Source: a virus. From it: a DNA stretch of 64,000 nucleotides. Positions 42,511-52,200 of this stretch are shown one piece after another. Every line of letters starts with the position of its first letter. The stretch's first letter is position 1. Under the pieces are notes generated by a model. It made no database searches. It was given only the letters and a program-made list of their open reading frames with translations, and was not told the origin of the DNA. Location of the stretch: positions 96,001 through 160,000 of IMG/VR virus record IMGVR_UViG_3300027896_000010; one strand, written 5' to 3'. The position numbers and the translations under genes were made by a program.

Positions 42511-45500
42511 TTACGAAACCCATGCAGTTAATTTAAAGTCGATACCTGAAGCATCCCCAGCAACAGCGTCACACAAAGTTGTAGTGGAAATTGTAGGCCA
42601 AACATGAGCAGTGTCATCATGACCATTATAGGCTTGTGCATGATAACCAGTTTTAAAAGCAATTACTCCGTAATTGACAGCATGGTCAAGCCCAGTTATC
42701 GAGTAATTTCCATCTGCACCTGTCATGGCCATATTGACATATATAAGAGCTTTGCTCTTTTCGTCATAATCAATTGCCACTACATAACACCCCAGAAGAT
42801 TTGCATTTGTAGGGTCTTTGACGTTACCTGTAATCGTGTCACTAGCACCTATCACTGGCAAGGTAATATCTGCCGAAATGCTAGGAGCTATTACAAGAGT
42901 AGCGCTGTCTATATCTGTCACTCCACCTGAATACTCAGACACAAAGTCAGAACCACCTACTTGAGCGTTGTAGTATGCTGCAGAATAATGGATAAGATAG
43001 AGTCCATCAAAAACTCCAAACCCATAACCGCCATTTTCTCCGTACGTATTCACTGGATTGTTAATTAATCCATTGTACTCAGAAAGTTGATTACCGTTAG
43101 TATCTAAAATTGTAGTGGTAATTTGACCCAAGAAGCCAAGACCAGTTCCATATACTATTCCATTTATTGCGGCGTACTCCATCTTAAAATCAACACTTGA
43201 ACTACCTCCTTGAATTGGAGCAGCATTTTTGATTCTTTGAGCATAATAATAAGAATCATTTACAGGGGCTACGATATTACCGTAACTTGCAGTCTTGTAA
43301 GGAACGTTATTTATGTTACCTATAACTACTACTGCATAAGCTATGTTTGAGTCAAGCCCAGTAAGTATATACTCGCCGTTAACGTCTGTTTGTGTTACAC
43401 TTGTTATAACATAGGAGTTAGTATCGTCTTGGTTGTTTGACCACAAGTTATAAGCGTAAACCCAAGCTAGTTCCAAAGGCTCGTCACTTACTCCAGTAAC
43501 TGTACCTGTAATTGTTGCATCACCAGCGGTAACTGTTGGCAGTACAACATCGGCTACAGCAGTGGTATTAGAAATTGCAGTAGCAGTTACTATACTTGAC
43601 GCATTGGTGTACCAAATAGTTCTATAGAATGGTGGACCCCCTCCCCAATAATTTTCCGTGTCAAATGAAATGTAATAATCGTACTTGTCAAGTCCAATAA
43701 TTGTATAAACCCCATATTCATCTACATTACCATCACCCAAGCGATAAGCTATGCCATCACCTTTTATGTAATATCTAACATTGGGAGTTAATGGGTCACT
43801 AGTTGAATTGGTTATAGTGCCCGAAATGTCAATAAGGTCTCTTGGATGAAGTACAAAATCAATTCCAGTTGCCCCACCAGATACTGGGGTTGCATAATCC
43901 AGATTGTTTTCCCAAGGAGAAGAAGCTGTAGAAAAACTTGAAGTTATTCCAGCATGGACTGCACCTTTGTAGGTGGCATTTACCCAATCCTCAACTACTA
44001 TGAAGTAGTCTACTTGAGTATCAAGCCCAGCAATAGTGTAATACCCATCAACATCTGTAATTGCCATTTGAGTCATAGGGTAAATATATCCACCAGTTGT
44101 AATATCTGCTTCAATAGCACCAACCATTATGCCCTCTAAAGGCAGAGGTGTCTCGTCCGAATTTGTGACAGTCCCAGTAATAGTAGACAAACCAAGAACA
44201 TCTGGAATGTGTGGAACAGTTATATCAAGTTCTGTTGCCGGTGCCGTTACCTCTGTTGCTTCCTCAAACGAGGTTTTGTTACCGTACCAAAGTGATTGAT
44301 AGTTAGTTGCATTGTTGTAGTTGTAATACCCCATGTCAAAGTATATTTTGTAGGGGCCAAGACTCTGCAAGGGCTGGTCATACCATCTGCTTATTTCATA
44401 GTATCCACCGTATCGAGTCATTTGCATACCAACAAAGTTACCAGACAAATCATAAACATACACCATAACATCATTTAAGGTACTTCCACTTAAAGTCCCT
44501 GACAGTAAATATTCCATCTCTCCAGAACCGACAAGATAGGCTTTAGCTCCTAGAGTATATGTACCACCCCATGTGCTTCCTCTTGCCGACAAGCTATACA
44601 TTGAAGTGCGAGAGACATTTGCTTTTACATCGATGTCTTGTAATGAAAGATTGAAAATATTCGCCCATGCATCAAGCGTAACAGTTTCGGTGAGTCCTCT
44701 TAACATTGCCTTGGAAGTTAAAACTTGTTCTGAAATGGCAGAGATATCTGCTTGAGCATTAAGAGTTACACTAGTCGTCTCTGAGAGCATAAAGTCTATG
44801 CCTGTATCCCCACCAGTTACGGCTTCAGCCACAGACAAATTGGGGGGTATACCAACTTGGAAGATATGGGCGTCATATACAACAGTATCATATATACCCC
44901 CCCCAAAATCTATAGCCATGACTGCATATGTTCCACCAGCCTGTAATCCTCGAACTTCATAGTTACCCGACCCATCGGTAAAAGTTGCTCCCATAATGGC
45001 AGGAGCGGTTGCTGTTCTAGTAGCCCAATCTACAACCATAACAGCCGCCGTGGGAATAGCGACACCAGAAAAATTTAATACAGTACCAGATATGGATGCA
45101 TTAGCGTTATCCAATACAGGCAAAGTCGGGCTAATAGTTGTCGGTGGTAGAATCGCATCAGCAACTCCTGAAGACCATTTAGAATCATACCAATAACTAT
45201 AGTATTCAATATCTGGTGGACCAGCCAACTGAGCCATGAGGTTGAAGAACCAAGATGAGAACACCATGCGATACGGCTTAATTTTTGGGACGTAAACCAG
45301 ATAAGTACCGTCAGAAGCCGAAGTGTCGTAGCCAACAAAACCCCCAGTACCATCATATGCATTCACTTGGATGCCTTCCAAAACGCTACCGCCGATTATC
45401 CCACCAATCATAGACCCTATCATTGCTTTAGCAGTCAGCGTTCGTTTTGCTATGATATTCGCTCTTGAACGAGACGTAACCGTATGTGTACGATTATAGA

Positions 45501-46260
45501 TAAAAGCCCTCGATGACATCGACCTACCGATTGCCAGCCCACCGGGGTCACCGCCGTAATCAAACGCTACTTCATAGTCGTAGACTTGGAAGGTCGCTCC
45601 TAACGACCTGAAATGAAGTCTAAGACCAAATTGGTTCAGTATGCTCTTGTATTCTCCATCGGTTCTTCTGAACCGCTTGAACACATAATGAGTATTCTCT
45701 TTGTTCACTATTGCCGACACATCTTCCCATACCGTGACATCGCCACCATCATCTTCGCCATAATTATTGGTAGCAAACCATTGGATGATTCCTAGGTCAG
45801 GATAATTGATATCAAAATCAACCGACAGCGATATGCTCTGAATATCCTGAGCGATTACCAGAGGATTTTCTTCACCAGCAGGGATAGAGCTATTTGCCCC
45901 AGATAAATAGTAATCAAAATCTTCAGGTGGATGAGCGCCCCCATTATAGATAATCCTTGCACGACCATTTATGGTTTGTTCAAAAGCCTCTCTAACATGG
46001 ATATTGGCCTTACCAATCAAACTAACACTTTCAGTGGTGTCTATGAGCAATTTAATTCTGGCTCCCAAGTTACAATCATAACTAGACCTAAACCAACCCC
46101 CACCGATAGGAAGCATATGAAGCCGTATATGGCTTCTAGGAGCTATCGACCTTCGCCCTCGAATATTCGCTAGAGAGTCGCAATGGATTTCCCTAGAGAT
46201 GGCTCCTATTATCCTCGCTTTTGCAGTTGTCTTTCTAACAGTACTCGGGACTATGGGCAT
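42511..46260 (-). CDS. tail fibre/adhesin-like protein with repeated Ig-like (carboxypeptidase-regulatory-like) domains
   Basis: Repeats of I(S/T)GTV...(T)D.DG.Y.I.GL.....Y.V...G...IDF.L. Confidence 0.75.
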   Translation of the reverse strand: MPIVPSTVRKTTAKARIIGAISREIHCDSLANIRGRRSIAPRSHIRLHMLPIGGGWFRSSYDCNLGARIKLLIDTTESVSLIGKANIHVREAFEQTINGRARIIYNGGAHPPEDFDYYLSGANSSIPAGEENPLVIAQDIQSISLSVDFDINYPDLGIIQWFATNNYGEDDGGDVTVWEDVSAIVNKENTHYVFKRFRRTDGEYKSILNQFGLRLHFRSLGATFQVYDYEVAFDYGGDPGGLAIGRSMSSRAFIYNRTHTVTSRSRANIIAKRTLTAKAMIGSMIGGIIGGSVLEGIQVNAYDGTGGFVGYDTSASDGTYLVYVPKIKPYRMVFSSWFFNLMAQLAGPPDIEYYSYWYDSKWSSGVADAILPPTTISPTLPVLDNANASISGTVLNFSGVAIPTAAVMVVDWATRTATAPAIMGATFTDGSGNYEVRGLQAGGTYAVMAIDFGGGIYDTVVYDAHIFQVGIPPNLSVAEAVTGGDTGIDFMLSETTSVTLNAQADISAISEQVLTSKAMLRGLTETVTLDAWANIFNLSLQDIDVKANVSRTSMYSLSARGSTWGGTYTLGAKAYLVGSGEMEYLLSGTLSGSTLNDVMVYVYDLSGNFVGMQMTRYGGYYEISRWYDQPLQSLGPYKIYFDMGYYNYNNATNYQSLWYGNKTSFEEATEVTAPATELDITVPHIPDVLGLSTITGTVTNSDETPLPLEGIMVGAIEADITTGGYIYPMTQMAITDVDGYYTIAGLDTQVDYFIVVEDWVNATYKGAVHAGITSSFSTASSPWENNLDYATPVSGGATGIDFVLHPRDLIDISGTITNSTSDPLTPNVRYYIKGDGIAYRLGDGNVDEYGVYTIIGLDKYDYYISFDTENYWGGGPPFYRTIWYTNASSIVTATAISNTTAVADVVLPTVTAGDATITGTVTGVSDEPLELAWVYAYNLWSNNQDDTNSYVITSVTQTDVNGEYILTGLDSNIAYAVVVIGNINNVPYKTASYGNIVAPVNDSYYYAQRIKNAAPIQGGSSSVDFKMEYAAINGIVYGTGLGFLGQITTTILDTNGNQLSEYNGLINNPVNTYGENGGYGFGVFDGLYLIHYSAAYYNAQVGGSDFVSEYSGGVTDIDSATLVIAPSISADITLPVIGASDTITGNVKDPTNANLLGCYVVAIDYDEKSKALIYVNMAMTGADGNYSITGLDHAVNYGVIAFKTGYHAQAYNGHDDTAHVWPTISTTTLCDAVAGDASGIDFKLTAWVS

Positions 46261-46273
46261 ATCAACACCTAAC

Positions 46274-49200
46274 CTAAAGCGTAGGCCCTGCTTCTATGGA
46301 TTGGTTATCACTATCGTAATGGAAAGTAGTTCGAGTTTCATCGATAAACAAAGTATTAGGAAACACCTCTCTCCAACTCTCAATATCTCTGCCAGCAGGT
46401 TTAGTGCCAAATGGGGAGATTTCCCTAACAGCGACATAGTATTTATCAAGATGCGTCTTTGATAAAGCGAACGCCTTGAAGACCACTCTTAAACATTTCA
46501 TTCTAGTTCTCGGGAAGTGATATGTGCCTGTTCTTAAAATAACATCATTATCATATGGGTCTGACTCATCGATATAAGACCCTCCCCCAATATCTATTTG
46601 CTGTACAGGGAGCCTCACATAATCATCGGACATGCCAGTTTTAGAGCTTTCCACATAAAACTTATAGCTATTGGTATCTGACATAATCATCAATTTATCG
46701 ACAACAGGAAGCTCTCCATCTATGGGTGCCAATGTCAATAACAACCACTCTTCTCTTATTGCAGTAGCAATATCTGGGTTCTCCAAGGTGCCTGATAGCA
46801 TGGTCATCGGCACAATGCTTTCTGCTGATTTCCAGTAAGTAGACGATTGCTTATCAAGAGCCATGGTGGGTGACCAATTCTTCACACTTGTTATATAATT
46901 CGCTTGAACCTCATACAGACCAAAGAAGAATCCCGGCCTCACTGAATTAAAGCTCGACAAACCAATGTCTGGTTCTGGTGCCTTGTCTGTGTAGGGCTTT
47001 CCATATTGGACACTTACTCTATATGGTGCCTCAAGATTCAAGATGGCAGAATCTGGTGTAAGAGATATTGTGCCTTTGGTGTAATCGATTATGTAATCAA
47101 TATCTTTCGTATATACGATTTTTGTGATGGGCATCAACGTTTGATGGTCATCATTTACGACTTCATAGTTTCTTTCCTTAAACACACTTTCAGTATTTAT
47201 CTCTATATTCGTATCATGCAGATTGGCTGTCCATCGCCCACTATCGCCGGGAATAGCAAACGAAACCTCTTTTATCGTGGGCTTATATCCTGTTCTAAGA
47301 AGCCCCATGCCATAGGGTGGCAACCGCATTGGATTATGTAACCTGATAATTAATTCAACACCCATCTTGGTTGGGAATGATATCGTTTCGTCCCTAGAGG
47401 CATTTATTTTACTAGCAACGAAGCCCCACTCTCCTTCATTGACTGGAAGGTTAGCGATGTCTATCGTATCCATGCCCCCTATCTCTGCAATGCCACGAGG
47501 GGGCCATTGAGACTCTTTATATAGATGATGCACAATTACTGAACTACCATTTTCAATCCTACTGGCAACATTGGGTGGCACATCAGGGCGTACCCTTATC
47601 ATGCCATTGACATAATCAATTTCATAATCATTAGTCAAGCCATCTATCGATTTAGTATACATATAGAAATTACCAGTATAGGTAGGACTTGGCTCTCCAC
47701 CTGTACTGCTATAGAAAGGCACTACTGTTTCATCCCCGGGGTAAAGATTTATACTTGGATATGAAGCCTCTGTATAGGCAATATTCCCTTCGACTACCTT
47801 ATAGTATGTCTTTTCCATATGCGTTAGCTGAACCCATCCATCAGTCCCGGTAGTAGGATTGATTAAGCCATTGTCTGCCCCAGACATGGTAGGAAAACGA
47901 ACTGTTTCGTCGGCTGAGACGTAAGCAGTCTTTAGATAGACCTCATACGCTTGACCTGCCCAAGGTGCATATAGCCTTACACTATTAATGGAAGAAGGAC
48001 TACCATCAGCTTCTCTTATGTCATAGTGAATCTCATCATAATCAGCATTGCTGGTATGTTCTCTAGAAAGCCATGACAGCCAGAACCCACCAGATTTATA
48101 GGCATCCTTCGTCAATTCTGGTGAGTGGTCATAGGTGTACCATAGATACTTGAGAGTAATACCAAATATTTTGGCGATATACCCTCCATACTTCTTATAA
48201 TACACAGCGGTTTTGAAGAAAAACTCCACGTATTCTACATCATGTACAGTAACTTCAGCACCTACATTATTTACAATTGGGTATTCCTCAATAGCCTTAG
48301 TTAAAAATGGAATGGTATGTTCTTCGGTTTTGCCATGGCCTTGGTGGAACACCATGCGAACAGATTGACCTACATGATGGCTATCTACTGCTAGACGTAT
48401 TCTGTTAATACTCTCATGCTGTGACAGGTATATCGTGGCATAAACTTCTTCGTTAGCATGTTTAGCTTGACTAAGCCACGCAGTATTGTCATTACCGTCT
48501 ATCAAATTATTGGCTGTATTGTCTTCGTGTCTCTCTCTAGAGTTAGTCCCCGGAACAGTTACCGTCTCCGTACGAGTCCAGTCATGCTCTTCCCAAGCCC
48601 AAACCTCACGCAATCCCGCTCGATAGTAATAAGGCCCCCAAGGAGAACGAGCCAGATTAGTAAACGTCAGACGCAACCTTGTTGCATTCATATACATATT
48701 ATCTAGCAAGACCGTTGTCTGCTCTGGGTTCGGTGGTAACCAAATCTCTTTGACATACGGAACTAAGTTAGCGCCATTCGGGAATGCTGGCCTCACATTA
48801 GGCAAATATCCAGTACAATAGTTATTGCCTAGCCAACCCTTGTCTGAAGTGGCGATATGGACAAACATTCGCATGCCACCCTGATAAGGATGTACACGAA
48901 CACGGTCTATTGGAGTAGGCCCGGGGTCATAACCCGGCCCCCATGGAGTATGACCATCAATAGTAAACTCAATCCATTCCCAAGACCATGTCTCATTAGG
49001 CCCACTATTACCAACAGACATCCAGAACGTATCGAGATTGCTATCTTTTGCGGAACTATTTGGATGGTCATAATAAGGTTGTCTGCCCGGAGGTGGTGGG
49101 TTACCATACCAACAGTCAACAGATGATGCTACTGCCCCCACCACACAATCTGGCCCAATTGCATGACCAGAAACAACATCCCTTTCTGTTTTGGCAGGAC

Positions 49201-52200
49201 TCTTGGTATCGGTATACCACACCGAAGCGGCGGCTTTAACTTTTAACGGAGTAAGCATTTTAGCATGGTCTGTAGCATATTGGCTCGTACACGAAAGCAC
49301 CCTGTTGATTTTATTAGAACCATACTGTTGCTCTTCGTATTCTGAAGATGCCTCTATCTTCTCAACCAATATGTCTGTTTCTTCTGTCACGCCGTCATTA
49401 TCAACCGCATGTTCCGTATGCGAAGGCTTAAGGCGACTGATAAAATCATTCACATAAGCTACTTCTGCTGCCCTCATGGTCTTATCAGGAATGATAGAGA
49501 ACATCGCCATACCAGATTCAGATTCGGTCTTAACCCTTTTGACGGCCTGAATATTCTCAACATAGATATCATCATCTATAGTCAAATCACCCTTATGTAC
49601 ATCCCCGGGATAGTGGAACACAACCATGAGACCCGAATAGAAACCGCTCCGTATTGGCACATAAAGTGGCTTAGACTCTTCGATACCATTAGCCAAATGA
49701 ACAGGATTATTTGTTACTGGGAACCATGCGCCTCGCTTCTTATTGTCAGGTATCTCAGAGTAATACTGGTAATTGACTATCAAGCTCGTGCCATATGGGA
49801 TAGGGCTAGAATTAGCTCTATGTATGGAAATAATACCCTTCTCGGCATTCTCTATATGAAAATGATTATTAGTAAGAGTCTCACTATATTCATACACTTC
49901 GCCAGTATCCAAATTGGTAAGACTAATGAAATGATACGCAGGAGCGCCAGTCAGCACATCGACATCAGATTTGATATTGGGATTACTGAGGGTATATTGG
50001 AATGGAGTAGTGGTTCCAATCGCCCTTCCCATTGTGAAAGTTTCTGCTTGAGTAATCCATTCCCAATCGCCATGAATCGGAGCAAGATATTCATCTTCAG
50101 TGAACCAGTCATCGTACTTATCTGTAGCCAAACCATATACAGAAACGAATGCCCCGCCGGGGCTATTAAGTCTCCAGCCCTTGTTGAGATGTATTCTTAG
50201 ATAGTCAATCTGAGGCGTTTCGTCAGCAATATCATATGTGTAACTGAGATTAACATCGGTTGTAATTGGTATGGTAATAGAATCTATTACGCCAGTAATA
50301 GTATCAACCATATAATCAGTATCTTCGACATATGGTATTTTTGAAGCGCCACCCGTAATTACAAGAGTACCATTTACCAGAGGACTATAAACAGTGGCGA
50401 TAGCATTAGTATGTGCCCCATCAAGATAAGCAAACTCCTTGGTCTCTTGATAAAACACCCATTTACGGTCATCCCGCTTAGGCCAATGCGTGGCAATAAA
50501 CTGATACGGAGGTTCACCGACTGCGTCATGATGAAGAATGGTTATAGGCTTGCCTAACAATTCATTATTGTCGAAAGCGTTATAGCATCTATTGCTTGCA
50601 TGGTCATAATCACAACTATCTGGAACTGCATTGGCATAGTGCCACCATGGATAATCATTGGTCTTGAACTGCCCCTGATAACCCTTGTATAGCTCGTCAA
50701 ACTTAAGCACCAAGCCTGTCTCGCCACACGCCCACGCCTTTTCTTGCGACCAGCCTTCTATGTCATATATGATATCAGCTAGGAGAGGAGGTTTCTGGTA
50801 ACGCCATGTGATGCCATCATAATAGAGAATGGTGCCAGCCTTTACAGGAGCTTGTTCCTGTTGTAGTACTCCTGTAGCCCATGCGGTTGTTGGGCTAAGT
50901 ACATAGACCCCATAGAAGTCATCATCAAAGACAAGACCTGAATCAGCCCATGTAACACCACTATTTGTGCAATAGAGAATGGTGCCACCATCGCCAACCG
51001 CTATAATATTAGAGGCGCTAGAAGCATGAACTCCCCTAAGAGTTTGAGTCGTCCCACTAGCCCTATTATCCCAATGTCCACCAGCATTTGATGTTGATAT
51101 TATATGACCACTCTTGCCCACTGCGACCACATTGGTAGTAGACATAGCAACCACACTATACAAATCCATATAGCCATTTACATCAAACATGGCGTAATCA
51201 AATTCAACCCAGTGTCGTAACGTACTTACACTATCTACATTTTCGCCATAGAATCTAAGATTCACATACTTAGTATTCGCTGGGGTAGTTATAACCCCAG
51301 TGTAATGGGTGAAAGAGTGAGCCGTAGAAGTAGAAGCCTTTACCGTCTGAGATGGTGGGGTTACAGGATTTTTGCTGATATCATAGAAGTCAGCATATAC
51401 TGCGAACTTTGGTAGAGTACGAGACATACTACAGGCTATTGACCAGACAAGAATAATAGTGTCATAAACGATATTGACACGCTCTGTAGGGCCTATCGAT
51501 GACGTAGACGGTTTACGCCGTATAGTGCCAGCCGAATAGTCAATTAAATAATCAACATTCTCGACAAAAACATGACCCGAAGAAGCAGAAGTCACTTTTT
51601 CCGAATTTGTCCTGATGTCATGGTAACGTAATGAAATATTACTATTATTCGTAGGCAACAGAACATTCCCCTCAGTTACCAAATAACTACTGAAAGGGGT
51701 TGTCCCAATTCTAACCCAAGAGCCTGTTCGCCCAGTACGAGAGTACACGCCCTGAGTATGTGTCCCACCATAGATTGTGTCACGAGAAGTATTACCAGAA
51801 AGAGTAGGCCAATAACCATCTTCCGTTCCTGTCGTTACTACCGACCAGTTACCGCCCACATAGTGCCAACACCTGTGATATTGAGTACCTGCGTATAATA
51901 TGTTATGCGTTGTGTCCCAAAGCAGACACCCTATTGTTTCTTTTTCGAATGTTGTCCCACCACCAGTGCTAGACCATTGGGTTGCCCAATCCCATGGTTT
52001 ATTTGTCTCCATAACCCCATGACCTGAAGCAGGAGATTCGAAAGCACTAGCATAAAGAGTATCGCCAGACATTGCCATGCCATACACGCCATAATAGGGC
52101 TTCATTGTGCCTGTACTTATATTCCTCCAACCGTATGGGTCGGCTATGTCATGTGGCTTGATTACGCTTAACGAACACATCCATACACCCACATTATATG

